Below, one piece after another: positions 42,255-57,983 of a DNA stretch of 64,000 nt. How positions within the stretch are numbered: position 1 is the stretch's first letter; every line of letters starts with the position of its first letter. The notes under the pieces were generated by a model that saw only the letters and a list, made by a program, of their open reading frames with translations, did no database searches and was not told the origin of the DNA. A program made the translations under genes and the position numbers. The DNA comes from Piromyces finnis finn (taxonomy: Eukaryota; Fungi; Neocallimastigomycota), in NCBI GenBank assembly GCA_002104945.1, contig MCFH01000100.1, positions 1-64,000 on the forward strand, in the 5' to 3' direction.

Positions 42255-43856
42255 AATATAAAATATAAATATATATTTTTCTTCTTTTTAGCAACTTTTT
42301 TCTTTTTCGTATCTTTTTTCTTTTCCACTAATTAATTTTAAAATTTAATTTAAAATGTGGATTATTTATATTTTTTTTTTTTATATTTATTAAACTTTTT
42401 AAAAAATAACAAAGAAAACTTTTTAAATTAAAAAATTGACCAATTAATATTCAAAATCAATAATTAAAAGATCTTTAAAAAAAGTTTACTTTTTACTAAA
42501 GCACTACTAAATAAATTGATGAATTGTTATCTTTTAATTATATAATGTTATTATTATTAAATCTTTATAATATTTTAATATTGGTAAATTGTATTTTTAT
42601 AAGAATATTTAATATATTTTATTAACTAATTAATTAAATTAACTAATACTTTAAATATTACTATTAATATATTATATTGCTATTAAAAGTTTACTTTAAA
42701 CTTAAAAGAAATGTTGAGTATTTTTAATATGCCATTTAAATAAAAACAAGATAGGATTATTAAATATTTTATAGAAAATACCACCAATACCATTTAAATT
42801 ATAATATCTTAATTATATTAAATATTAATATTAAAGCATATTAAAATAATATATAAATACTAATAAGATTTTTTAAAATAAAAAATAATATATATGAAAT
42901 CTGGTTTAATTGTAATAATACATTGTTTCAATTATTAAGTCATGCTATTCATAATTTAAATATTAATATATGATTTGAAATACATCCTTTTCTTTTATTT
43001 AATTATAATAATAATTAGAAAACTTAATAAATAATTTAACTTTTAAAAGATAACACTATCGTATGGTTTTTAATAAATAAAAATTAAAATATTTACAATA
43101 TTAACATATCAATACAATAATAATAAAATATCTTTATAATAATTATTATTTTTGTAATAGGGATGTAAAATAGTCACATTTATATTTTTAAAATTGATAA
43201 AAAGTTAAATACTATTAAATATTTTATTAAAATTACAAAAATTATAATTATTCCGTTTTTAAATTCTAATACATTATAGTTTTATGCCCATATAAAATTT
43301 ATCTTCTCCTGTTTTAATTCATTTTTAATACACGCTTTTTGAATATTCGTTTAATCTAATTAATTATTAAATTTTAAAAAAAAGGAAAATAAGAATTAAA
43401 TATTAGTATTTTTTTAATAATTATAAAGTATTAATAAAAATAAATAAAAGTAAATTAAAGTTATATTATTAGTTCTATTATATGTATATTCTTTTTAGAT
43501 TAAATAGGAACTTTTAATAATATGTTTTAACTCCTTTCTTTTAAGATTTAATAACAATTATTGTTGTTAATAATTAATAATAATAACTTTAATAAAATGT
43601 AATTTTATGTAGGATAGCAATTGTAATAATGGTTTATAAAAGTATATATAAGAAGCATTTGTTTTCTTGATTATTTATTATTTTAAAATTGAATTTCATT
43701 ATTCAATTCCTATTTCAATATAGCAATCAAGGATTCAAAAAGTAGAGTTTAATAACATTTATTAAAATAGTAATAAAAATATTTCTGTAATATATTTAAA
43801 AATAAATTATTTAAAAAAAGAAATATAATTTTTCTGTCTACATTTTACGAATCAAA

Positions 43857-44009
43857 ATGCCAAGCTCAATGTTAAATTCAGCTTTATTAAAATCTACTGG
43901 TGCTGGTTCTAGAGCTATTACATATTCAAAACCAAGAAATAATATAACTAAAAATAAAGTTAAAAGTAACATTAATCCATATGTTACTTGTAGCTGTGTT
44001 GTTCAATAA
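43857..44009 (+). CDS. 50-aa CaaX peptide P4 (as P3 but R19 instead of G19)
   Basis: Hand translation, 153 nt, ends CVVQ-TAA, within a duplicate (about 42255-44600) of the P3 cassette (about 26640-28760). Confidence 0.75.
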   Translation: MPSSMLNSALLKSTGAGSRAITYSKPRNNITKNKVKSNINPYVTCSCVVQ

Positions 44010-44789
44010 TGAACAAAAAATCTAATTATTAAGAAAATAATACTACCACTTATTCATAATTTTAATTTTACAAATATATAAATAAATAAATAAAACATTT
44101 TTTCACATTTTATTAATTACTATAATTTCATAATTTTAAATATATTTTGAAATACTCTCACATGTATATAAATTCTTTTTTTATAAATTTAAATAATAAT
44201 AAAAATTATATTTTAATAATAAAAATTTCATTTTAATAATAAAATAAAATTAAAAAGTTTTATTCAATAATTATAATAAATTTTGTGTTTTTCTTATTAT
44301 AAACGTATAAATATTTAAATTTTACTTATTAAAAAGTTATCTATTAGACAAACAAGCAAAATATTTAAAAGTATTTCTATTTCTTTCTATGTGTAAAAAT
44401 TTAATATTGAATTATTAAATGATAAAAAGTAAAGTTAGGCTTACAAAATTATTTGTTAAACTAAAAAATTTTAAGTTATTTAAAACTATTTATTCTTTAT
44501 TTATTTAATGTAAATGTATACATTAATTGTATCAAAATGTATTGTAATAAATATATTAAAAGATAATAAAGTAGAAAAGAAATCTATAAAATATTAAAGT
44601 AACGTATTAGTGAAATATTTATTCATTATATTGTTCGTCTTTTCTTATATTGAAATTACAGATTAAAAAAAAATAAAAAATTAATATTTTTATAATTTAT
44701 GTTAAATACTAGTTGATTTATAAGTAACTGTAAAGTGTTTAATTATCCAATATTTTAGTTTTAATAAATATTTATATGTCTTTAAAAAA

Positions 44790-47700
44790 ACATAAGCTAT
44801 TTTTTACGTATTTTTTATCAATGGGATACCTAATTCTCATATAAAAATATTAAAACATCAATAATTGAATTGATAAAAAAATTTATATAGATTTATAAGC
44901 TTTTTTTATTTTGATTATATACTTTCTAAATGGATGTTAATTTTATTCATTATCATTATTAATGTTTATACATAATACCTTTCTTATATATATACATTTC
45001 ATTAATAAATTAATAAATATTGTAAAATAAAATTTAAATAAATGCTTTATGTTATTAACCAGAAAAAAAAATATCTAACAAAATACTTTTTCATTATTTT
45101 CTTTTTTCTTGTATAATTATTATAATTATCAAAGTTTTTTTTAACCAGTAACTATAATTAAAAAAGGCACAATTATGATTATGATTATTATTAAAAAATC
45201 TGAAGATTGATAAAAAAAAAAAAAAAAGCGCTTTTCAATAATTTAGATTTTTAATACTATAATTTTTTACCCTAAAATTTTATAAAAGAATTCCAATTTT
45301 TACCTAATTTTTTTTTTATTTTATTTTATTTTTTTCTTTATTCATAATTGATAAAGTTTATGATTCATTAAAGAATATAACTATTCCTTTTCTTTTTATA
45401 AACTATTTTTCTTTATTATTAATTATTAAAATAGTTTATTCTATTTTAACAAAAAAAAAAAAAGTTTTTCTTTTTTTTTTTTTTTATCCTTTTTATATTG
45501 AAAATATATAAATTTAATATCTATCTAAATGTATATATTTTCTGTTTTCTATTTTAATTAAAAATAGAAAATTTTATAATAATAAAAATCTATAATTATC
45601 CGTCAAGATATAATAAGCTTAATTTATAAAATGAAGGATAAATTTTTATTTTGTTTTTATTTTGAATTCTTTAATTCTTTTTAGTGGCCTTTTTAGTGAC
45701 AACCTTGACAGTAGTCTTTTTAGCAGCGGCTTTTGTTGTAGTGGTTTTTTTAGTAGTGGCTTTAGTTGTGATTTTTTTGTTGGTAGTTTTAATAGTAGTT
45801 TTTATAGTAGTCTTTTTAGCGGCAACTTTAGTAGTAGTAGTAGTAGTCTTCTTAACTGGAGTAGTAGTAGCCTTCTTAACTGGAGTAGTAGTAGTAGCCT
45901 TCTTAACTGGAGTAGTAGTAGTAGCCTTCTTTACTGGTGTAGTAGTAGTCTTCTTTATAGTTGTTTTGGCGGCAGTGGTGGTCTTTTTAACAGCTGCCTT
46001 TGTAGTGGTCTTAACGACAGGGATGGTAGTAGTGGTAGTAGTGGTAGTAGTAGTGGTGGTGGTGGTGGTGGTGGTGGTAGTAGTAGTAGTAATCTTTATA
46101 GCAGCTTTGGAAGTAGTGTTGACGACAGGAGTGGTTGTGTTATTTTCAGTAGTTTCAGGCATTTCCCAATCAATAGGATTCTTTAATTTAATAATTTTAG
46201 CTTGACCCTTTTGTAATGGAACCCAAACAGTAATTGGATCATTACCAACATGTTCAATGGTAGCACCAGAAGGAATAGCAGAAACCTTACCTGGAACTGT
46301 TACTGGAATAGTACAATCACCCTTACTAGCAGAGACATAAATACTAACAACCTTATTATTTTCAATAACTAATTTACTCTTAGCACCACAAGTTTCTAAC
46401 TTGGCACGTTCGGTGTAAATTTCTGCTTGCTTATCAAGTTTAATAGAAATTAATGGCCAATCTACATATTTAGTGTAAAGGTTAACGACACTTCTAGTCC
46501 AATCTTCAAGAAGAGATTCACCTAAACCATTTCCCTTTTGGAAATAACGAAGGTTAGCTTGATGGAATTGATGAGCTTCATGACGTAATTGAGTCATTAA
46601 AAGAAGAGTACGTTCACTTTCCTTTTTTAAGAATTCATTGTAATTTAATTTTCTACCATAATAACTTTCATATTGGTCATTATACATCCAAAGATTTTCT
46701 TCTCTAGTAGAACAAAAGTAATAAATTTCAGTTGGAGTACGTGGAATAATTGGGAAACCTGCTAAATGACTACTTTCATTTGTAGTATAGAATGGAAGAT
46801 ATGGATTATTAGTGTTAGTAATAGCCTTACGAGAAAGATCACCAGTTGCAGATTGGATACCATATTTTCTAAAGATTTCAAGAGCATCCTTGTTGTGAAG
46901 ACCAGAAATTTGTGGAGTAATAATGGAAGCACCAGACCAATATTCAGTATCAACAATACCCATTCTTTTACCGATATCAATATTTAAACGAATTTCATTA
47001 TCTACATCAGTTGCATGAATTTGATCTAAATTTTCGTGAGTAAATGTGTGAGAACTCCAGAAGAATTCCTTTTGAGCAGTAACATTATGACTGAAATAGT
47101 TGAAAATTGGATCATTTTTAAATGCATTAATTTGAGCATTACTAAATTGATAATTAATTTTTGGCCAACGTTGATCACCAGTTCCTGGTTCCTTTACCCA
47201 TTCTTCATCATGATAACGATTACAATCAATTTGAATAGATTGGGTGTAGTCACCACTAATCAAAATACCATTACCATTGTAGGCTAATTCAGCACGGTAA
47301 AAGGAACCCTTTGGCATAATATTTAATACATTTTTTTGGAATTCAGCAATTTTTTGGAAATCATATGGAGAAGTACGGAAAGTTTCACCACCAGTGGTTG
47401 TTTCTGTTTCAGGATTAACTAATTCAGTACCTAAAAAGACATCATCAATATGAGGGGTGAAATAAACACGACGGAAACCATTAAATAAAGCACGAGTACC
47501 CCAAGTTAACCATAAATGATTAATAATTGAACTACTTTGACTCCAAGAACCGAGACCAAAGAAGAATCTCATGACTTCACGACCATCATCATAAGTAGAA
47601 ATGGTAGCAGCAACTTCCCCTTTTTTACCATTTTTACTGTAATATAAAAATGGACGAGTAGTCTTAGTATTAGTAATTTTAACACGGGAGAAATAAATAT

Positions 47701-50340
47701 CATTTACGTCTAATGGAGCAGTCATCTTCACTCTAGCTTGATTAAATATAGTTTTAACTTCATCTGATTGTTCAACAATCAAGGATTGATTACTTGAAGT
47801 TTCACCCCATTTATCGGTTGCTAGAGCAACGTCAACCTTATTACTAATATCATCTGAAATGACAACTCTACGAATACTATTTTGAGCTTCGTATTTTTCC
47901 AAGAAAGACCATTGTTCAGGAGTTAAAGCACTTACCCAACTACCATTAAGTTCATAAGTAAGTTCACTACCATTAACAACAACGAGATTATATTTTGGTT
48001 CGTTACTTTTATTATATAAATCTAAATTACCAGTAAATGGACTAGCAGAAGAAAATTCAATAACTTCGTATGGGATACCATAAGAATTAAAATTATTTTT
48101 AATAGAAGTAATTTCAGTACCTTTTGTAGTTAAAACTAAAGCTTTCATAGTAATTTTACTACATGAAGAAACGGTAACTGCAATAGCAATACCGACTACT
48201 TTAAAAATTTTTGAAAAGATAACCATTTTTCTTTTTCTTTTTTTTTTTTTAATAAAATAATTCTATGTGTAATTTTTGTAATTTATTTTCTTATTTATTT
48301 ATTTATTTATATTTGTTATAGTTTGTATAATTCAATTTTTTTTTTTTTAAGTGTTGGTTTGATTTTATTATTTTATTATTTATTTTATTATATTTTATTT
48401 GTTAATGATATAATTTTATAATTAAACATTTATTGTTTTTTATAATTTTGTTTTTTTTTTACTTTTCTTTTATTAATTATTTTGCTTTTTTTTTTTTTTT
48501 CTTTCTTTCTTTCTTATTATTTACTACTTTTTTTTCATAATAAAGAAATTAAAAAAACAAAATTTTAAATTGAAGTCCAATTTCGGATAAGAAAATTTTT
48601 AACAAAAAAAAAAAAACTCCTTCCTTTTTCTTATTTATATAAATAAAAAATTTTTTTTTTTTTAATTAATCCATCTTTGTTAATATAAAAAAAATAAATA
48701 AAAAAATGAATCATTTTTCAAACTTTTTTTTAATAAAATATAAAAATTTAAAATTATAATAAATAAAGTTTAGAATCCTCTAAAAATCAAAGTTACACAA
48801 ATTAATATATACAAAGTAACATGAAATATATAAATGAATAATTAAATAAATTACTATAAAATAGATCATTTATTCTATATTATATGAATGAATGTATGTA
48901 AATAAATTTCTTTAATTTGTAAATTTTTTTTAATTTGGGGTGAAAAATAAATTAAAGACTTTGTAATATATAATTAAATACATAATAAATATATAATCAA
49001 TTTATTACAATATATATTATAGTATATATATAATTAGTTTTATTTATTTTAAAAAAATTAATAATAAATTTAAATTAGTACAAGTTTTTAAAAATTCTTT
49101 TGAAATATTGTTATAATTAATAACTGTTGGTAATGATGAGTGATAAAAGAACGTAACGATTAAAATACTAAATGATGTATACAATATTTATAACTTATAA
49201 TCTATATTATTGCGATCCATAAAGTCATCCTTTTTTTATTTAATTTATTTTTCAAACCAATTTATAAAAAAAAGAATTTCTGGATTATTCTTTAATAAAG
49301 TATATAAACTTTAATTTATAATAAAATAATTTTTATGTGTAACATATTCATATATTAATTTAAATTAAATTTAAAAAAATTTCAAATTTTTTAAAAAATT
49401 GATAAATTAAAAAAGTTTAAATATTAATAAATTTCATAAATTTCATAACCAAAAAATATTCGATAAAACAAAAGATTTTATTACAAATTAATTTGAAATA
49501 TTAAATTTAAACTTTAATTATTAATAAAATTGAATTGTTTTAAATGATCTAGACGTCGTAATAAAGTTTATTATAAAGTGGAATCAATGATCTAGAATCG
49601 GAGGTTTAAATAAAAAAGAAAAAAAGGTAATACTCATCATAAGAGCAATAAGAGTTATTTTAATAAAAAAAAATAATAAAAAATTAAAATTTATACATTT
49701 ATACAGCAAATAATAATAAAGATATGTGTATAAACAAAAATATTGGTAATAGAAAAAGGATACCCTTTGAAAATATAAAACTCTAAAGAACTATAAATTT
49801 ATGAATATACCTTTTATTAAACATAATAATTATAATTTTTTTAACATTCATATCTTATTAATAATATTATTACATTTTATGTACTTCTTTTAAATTCATT
49901 TTATATATCTTTAAAATAAATAACATTTTAATAATAATCATAATTTTATTATTTAATATTTTTTTTTTTTTGGATATCTTATTTAATTAAAGTAACTGAT
50001 TAAAAAACTTTGATAATTTAAATAATTTTAACAAAAAAATAAAAATATTATTTAATTTTGGTGTTTTTTAGGTAAAATGATGAAAACTATTTTAAATTAC
50101 CAATATTTATTAATTTATTAATGATTTATTTATATAGGAAAGGTATTATGTATAAATAATAATAATGATAATGAATAAAATCAATATCCATTTAAAAAGT
50201 ATATAATCAAAATAAAAAATGTTTATAAATCCATGTAAAGTTTTTTTTTATCAATTCAATATTTAAATTGATGTTTTAATATTTTGATGCAAGAATTAGT
50301 TAGGTATCCCATGAGTAAAAAAAATAAAAATAGCTTATTA
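44790..50340. repeat. Short inverted repeat (about 44790-44960 and 50165-50340) of HMG distal-upstream sequence flanking the deacetylase gene
   Basis: atgggatacc...attgataaaaaa...tggatgttaattttattcattatcattatt at about 44820-44950 matches 31014-31160 directly and about 50165-50315 in reverse complement. Confidence 0.75.
45671..48226 (-). CDS. Secreted Agd3-like (CE18) polysaccharide deacetylase with a Thr linker and Lys/Thr-rich basic tail, 851 aa, intronless
   Basis: Signal-peptide-like N-terminus. Motifs HIDDVF, SHTFTHE, PRTPTEIYY and HQANL correspond to the catalytic motifs known for Aspergillus Agd3. Confidence 0.85.
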   Translation of the reverse strand: MVIFSKIFKVVGIAIAVTVSSCSKITMKALVLTTKGTEITSIKNNFNSYGIPYEVIEFSSASPFTGNLDLYNKSNEPKYNLVVVNGSELTYELNGSWVSALTPEQWSFLEKYEAQNSIRRVVISDDISNKVDVALATDKWGETSSNQSLIVEQSDEVKTIFNQARVKMTAPLDVNDIYFSRVKITNTKTTRPFLYYSKNGKKGEVAATISTYDDGREVMRFFFGLGSWSQSSSIINHLWLTWGTRALFNGFRRVYFTPHIDDVFLGTELVNPETETTTGGETFRTSPYDFQKIAEFQKNVLNIMPKGSFYRAELAYNGNGILISGDYTQSIQIDCNRYHDEEWVKEPGTGDQRWPKINYQFSNAQINAFKNDPIFNYFSHNVTAQKEFFWSSHTFTHENLDQIHATDVDNEIRLNIDIGKRMGIVDTEYWSGASIITPQISGLHNKDALEIFRKYGIQSATGDLSRKAITNTNNPYLPFYTTNESSHLAGFPIIPRTPTEIYYFCSTREENLWMYNDQYESYYGRKLNYNEFLKKESERTLLLMTQLRHEAHQFHQANLRYFQKGNGLGESLLEDWTRSVVNLYTKYVDWPLISIKLDKQAEIYTERAKLETCGAKSKLVIENNKVVSIYVSASKGDCTIPVTVPGKVSAIPSGATIEHVGNDPITVWVPLQKGQAKIIKLKNPIDWEMPETTENNTTTPVVNTTSKAAIKITTTTTTTTTTTTTTTTTTTTTTIPVVKTTTKAAVKKTTTAAKTTIKKTTTTPVKKATTTTPVKKATTTTPVKKATTTPVKKTTTTTTKVAAKKTTIKTTIKTTNKKITTKATTKKTTTTKAAAKKTTVKVVTKKATKKN

Positions 50341-50856
50341 AATTTTATTTTTTATATTTTAAATACTATGTCTCATAATAAGGACTTTAATTATTTGATT
50401 GATTTTTTACTTTAAAACTAAAATTAAATATTGTAAAATTGAAAATAGAAAGGTTTTTAAAATTTAAACTTTAATGCTTTAAAAATGTTAAAATCGACTG
50501 TGTAATATAGTTAAACCGAAATAAAGTTTAATGCTTAAAAACTTTCTATTAATTAATTTTCAAAATAAACTACAATTGATTAATAAAAGTTTAAATAGGT
50601 TAAAAATAGTTTAAAATCTTATTTATTTCGAAATTTGTATACCTTTATTTTTGTATTATTGGACTATTCTAAAAGAAATAGATGACACAAAAAAAAGTTA
50701 AAAATTAAAGTATAAAAATTCGTTTTCTTTTTTTTTTTTGTTTTTTTGTTTTTTGTTTTTCTGTTTTATCTTTACTTTTTTTTAAAAAATAATAAAAGAA
50801 AATAAGTTAACAATTAAATAACAATTTTTTTTACTTTTTTTAATAAATTATTAAAA

Positions 50857-51181
50857 ATGTTTTACGATATTAATAATATTAATAATATTCATTATCAACA
50901 ATTTGATATGTTAAATTCAAAGAATTCTAATAATTCCATTTTAAATCTTCAAAGTGGTAATTTCTCTGATGTGTTAGATCCTACCTTGACGAACTTTACT
51001 CAAAACAATATTAAGAATATTCAGGTTACTTCCCAGCCAAATATTGTCTCTCCTCCTTTTAATACTAACTACCTCTTTGGTAATAATACTATGAAAACAG
51101 CATATAGCAAGAATAATTATCAAAATAATAATAATAATCAAGTGAATTACATTCCAGTTATTGATGCTAATAATATCAATC

Positions 51182-51221
<40 letters not shown>

Positions 51222-52383
51222 TATTGATTATGAAAATTTAGTCAATAATGAATTTACATTCAAAAATAACAATAATTATAATTATAGTAATTATAATGAT
51301 TATTTAACTATTGTTAATGAGAATAATAATATTAATAACAATCAAATCTATATTAATCAAATTAATAATGGCCAAATCAACAATCTAGTCAATTGCGATC
51401 AATTGAATTATAATCAAATTGTTAATTATCAAGTAATCAATAATAGTTTTATAAATTATGATCAAAATATTAATAATATTATTAATATCAACAATAATAT
51501 CAATAATAATAGCAATAATAATATCAGTATTGATGTTTATAAAAACGCTTTTAATAATAAAATTGATTATTATAATTATTATTATATACCATCTAATGAA
51601 AATGATGACTTTTCAAATGAAGTAAGAAAATTAATTCAACAAGCTTCAAATAGAATTGAAATATTAAGATTAGCAAAAGCAATGGATCAAGAATATCTTT
51701 TGTATTTTATGGAAGAATTGAATGAATTTGATGTTGAATTTTTAATGAAAGATAAAGATATTTTAAAAAAAATATCAACTGTTTACACATCATTTATTTT
51801 CAATAGAAAAAGAAAATACGGTAATAAAATACCTCGTCCATTAAATTGTTTTATGATTTTTAAAAAATACTTGACCTACTATTTTAAACAAAACAATGCA
51901 ATTCATTATAATTATAAAATTTTAAATGGATATTTTGGAGAATTATGGAAATGTCAAAATGATGAGGTAAAGAACGCTTTTATTCACCGTCAGAACATTC
52001 ATAAAATAATTCATCATTATGTGTATGTATATATTTATACAATTATGTATTTATGTATTTTAATATTTTAATATTTAATAATAATATAATTAATTAAATA
52101 TGATTATTAATAAAATTAAAATTATTAAATTAATAATATTTATTCTAATATATTTTTAATGGTATCAAAATAACTCAACAGATATAAAGGTTACAAGTTT
52201 ATTCAAACCAAAGGCAAAAATAAGCATGATTATAAGTTCATCATAAGTAAGGTGAAAAAGATGGTTAAAGAAAATAAAATGAAGAAATGCCTTAAATATT
52301 TAGAAATGATAAAACCTGAAGATAGAATAAAACATCGAGATGAAATTATCGAAATACTTAATTTTTTAAAGAAAAAAATCTAA
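50857..52383 (+). CDS. HMG-box transcription factor copy 3, join(50857..52022,52182..52383), 455 aa
   Basis: Same HMG box, donor GTATGT at 52023, acceptor CAG at 52181, 202-nt exon 2. Confidence 0.9.
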
Positions 52384-52903
52384 GCATTCAATATTATCAA
52401 ATTTATAACTAAAAATTTAATATATAATTAAATTTAAAATTATATAATATTGAATTTAAGGTGATAAAAAAAAAAAGTTAAAAATTGATTTTTTCTTTTA
52501 GGTTTAACAAAATAAACTTTTATTTGTAATACTTATTCATAAATGAAAATTATAATAAATATACTAATATAAAAAATTTTTATATTTATTTTACAATAAA
52601 TAAAAAAATATGATATTATAATTTTTATAATTTTTACTTTAATGATTATAAAAAAAAAATAAACTACTTTGAAAGTAATTTTAATAATTATTTTTTATTT
52701 ATAATGTTTTAAATGTGAAGAATACTTGATTTTAAATAAATATTTATAATTAAAAAATAAGAGAACACCAAAATATAAAATAATAAAATTGTCTTTAAAG
52801 TTTATTGTTACATATATAAATAATATATCTTTATGATTATTAATAATATTTAAAATTTTATAATACGAAATGAAATTATATTAATAAATTAATAGTATAT
52901 AAA

Positions 52904-54254
52904 ATGCCATCCTTGGAATCTGAGGTACATGATACAAAATGCTTTGAAAGATGAAAACATGAAGGTTCTTATTTATTATTATAATGATTATAATATATAT
53001 TTAGAAATTCATATTAAATTTCTATTATTAAATTTATATATATTCTAAGACTGTTAAAGATGATTTAAAACAACTATATCAAATTAAAGCTACAACTTCT
53101 TTATTACAGGTAATTAATGAAACCCAATAAAAAGTATTATTTTTAAATTAATTTTATATTAATAATAATAATTAATAATTCTGTTTTTATTAATAATAAA
53201 AGCAAACTCAAATTGGTAAAGTTGTTAATCATGTTAAAAAAAATCCAAATGTTACGGATGATATTATAAAGCTTTCTAGAAAGATTATTTACAATTGGAA
53301 ACAAGATATTGAAGAAGAAAATAAAAGTATTAATCAGATTCATGTATATAATTATTTAATTAAAATAAGTTTTTATTGTTAAAATTAAAAAAAATATATA
53401 TATAATTAATAATTGAATATGTTGAAGATAAATCTGAAGCAACCAAAAAGTCACTATCACGTTGTAAATATTAAAATATAAAATATGCTAGATATTATAA
53501 TTTATTAATGATCATAAATAGAATATGAATTGTTGGATATTAATTTATATAAATATAATTTAAGCATCATCTCATGATTCAGTATCAAAAGATTCTGTTA
53601 ATAATGCAAAAGCAACAAAACCAGAATCTAAAGCTAAACCCGAACCACCAAAAAGAACTTCAGTTACTGATGGTATTAGACTTGTATCAACAGGAAATAA
53701 GGCTCGTGCTGGATGTGCAAATATGTTATATAAAGCTTTAGCACTTTATGAAGGTTCTAGTAAGTAATACCATAATTTATATAATACTTAGTAATAGTAA
53801 AAAGTTTCATAAGTTATGGCTATTTATTAAATATAAAATAGAAATAATGTTAAGGTAAAGGAATGAAATATATTTAATGCTTATATATATTTTTAAATAT
53901 TTATATTAATAGGTCCACAAATACTTTCCAAAAAAAGCTTCACAAATCGAAAATGAAGTTTATAAATTGTTTCAAAGTGTTGATAGCAAATATAAAACAA
54001 AGATAATGTCTTTATATTTAAATTTAAAGGATAAATCAAACCCACAATTAAGAGAAAAAATTATTAATGATGATATTAGTGCATCAGAGTTTTGTCAAAT
54101 GTCCCCAACTGTAAATTATTATAATGAATATTATTAATAGCAATACTATGTATAAATGCAATGTGTAAATAATAATTTATTTTTATTATTTATAATTATT
54201 ATATAGGAAATGGCTTCAGAGCAAAAACAAGAAGAATTAAAGATAAAAATTTAA
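52904..54254 (+). pseudogene. Transcription elongation factor TFIIS, frameshifted and lacking the C-terminal zinc ribbon
   Basis: Exons give TQIGKVVNHVKK..IIYNWK (N domain), TGNKARAGCANMLYKAL, YKTKIMSLYLNLKDKSNPQLRE..MSPT|EMASE (central domain), then a stop. Apparent frameshifts near 52930 and in the A7 run at about 53930. Confidence 0.8.
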
Positions 54255-54935
54255 TACAAATACATTAAATTAATACAAATACATAAATTGATGGGTTTGT
54301 AGAACAATGTAATAAATTAATATTATAAATTTAATTTAATTCTTTTGGTTGTTAATACTATTTAATATTATTAAAAAAAGAATAAATTAAAAAATATATT
54401 ATATGTATTATACATATAATATATAGAACTTATATATAATATATTATATTCTAAATTAATACATATATAAATAATGTATGAATGTATGTTAAGTAATGTA
54501 ATGTAATTTACTTATAAGATAAAAAAAAAAAAGGTGCTAAATAAATATAAAGTTTATTTAGTGTGTTGTCATTTGAAAACAGAAATGGAAAATTTAAATC
54601 ATAACATTATAATTTAATAATAATATATAAAATAAATATTTTATGTTATTTATTTTTAAATATAATTAATAACTAATATATTATGATAAAAGAAAAATAA
54701 GTAGAAATTGATTAAAAATAAAATAAAATAAAATTAAAAAAAAAAAAAAAAACATATGTAAGCTATATAGAAAGTAAGCAAATTAATTTAAAACAATAAT
54801 ATTTATACCAAGAAATATTATAATATAAAATATGATCTGAAATACAAAATTAATTTAAAAGAAGGAAAAAAAAAAGAAGCATTTTAATAAATGATTTTAT
54901 AACAATAAATTACCATTAGAATTAATTCTATAAAG

Positions 54936-56084
54936 ATGGTAGAGGACAATTCTAAAGTGAAATCAAAACTGAATTTAAAGTTAAATAAACAAGAGCAAGT
55001 CCTGAAACGTAAAGATTCTGAAAATCTTGAGAGGTATTTTTTTTTAATTGATGTATTTCATCTATATTCTTTTCCAAAAACTAAATTATTTGTTTGAAGC
55101 AATATCAATAAAAGAAATTGCATTAAAGATTTAGATAATAAAAATGAAAGTAGTGTTGAAAATGAAAATGAAAGAAGCAATAAAATAACAAAAAAAAAAG
55201 AGGTAATTTAACTTATTAATTCATAAAAACTTCTTTCTTTATAAAATTTTTTATTATTTTTATTATTATTATTTAAAAAACAATTTATAATTAATTTTAA
55301 TAAACTTTAAAAATACTCTTAATTAAAAAGGCCCAAGGTCAGGCTTTTTAAATGAAATGGTTAACAATAGAGTTAAAAAAATTTTGACAGATTCAAATAT
55401 ACAAATATACCTTTTGAAATTAAAAATGGCTCCATAGTTTTTAAAAATAGTACTGATGATAATATTATTGAAGGAGTAAACATTAAAGAATCCAAAAAAG
55501 AATTTGAAATTTTACAGAGCAATTCAATTCATCCCCAAGTTTCAAAAGGAAAATTAAATGAAACTGTTTCGGACATATTTGATGATAATATGAATAGATT
55601 ACAAAATTTTTATAATATGTATTTAAATTCTTATAATAATGATGTAAAAGAATATCATAATACCCATGAAATTTTGTCCTTTGATGAATTCAATGAAATA
55701 TCTATACCTTCTAGTATTAAATTTAAAAATACACAGAGAATAAAACTGTCTGATCAATCTTTGATTGAATGTACCTCGGAACTTTTACCAAATATTGTTC
55801 ATTTGAATTTTAACATACTGACAGATTATTTTAAGTATGCACATAGTTATTCACCAATTATACAACCAACTGTCTTGATTTACTGTATAAAAAACAGAAC
55901 ACTATCACCTGGTCTACTTTTAACAATATATGCATTAACATTTTTATTTAGTCCCAATCAAAATAAATTACTAGCAGATTTTTATTTTGATAAAGCAGAA
56001 CAATATTTAACTTGTAATATTAGTTCATCTGATATTCAGAATGTTCATACCACTTATTTATTATCTAATTATTATAAGTACTAG
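54936..56084 (+). pseudogene. Truncated fungal-specific transcription-factor-domain gene
   Basis: YFKYAHSYSPIIQP..LLLTIYAL..YFDKAEQYL..DIQNVHTTYLLSNY resembles the Fungal_trans middle homology region. Apparent frameshift near 55400 and an early stop. No Zn2Cys6 cluster seen. Confidence 0.55.
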
Positions 56085-56204
56085 CAATAAGATTAATAAA
56101 TAATAATTTGTAAAAAATTTTCATATATACTATCTGCATAATATTATAAATTTTATTCTAATTTCTTTTTTTATGAAAAAATATTTATTATATAAAAAAA
56201 AAAG

Positions 56205-57983
<1,779 letters not shown>

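Noticed and set aside
45662-47287. Plus-strand and nested ORFs over the deacetylase
   Set aside because: Antisense or alternate-frame shadows of the 851-aa gene and its repetitive tail.
49540-49605. Short direct repeat AATGATCTAGA x2 in a small GC island upstream of HMG3
   Set aside because: Only 11 bp, single occurrence and no supporting context.
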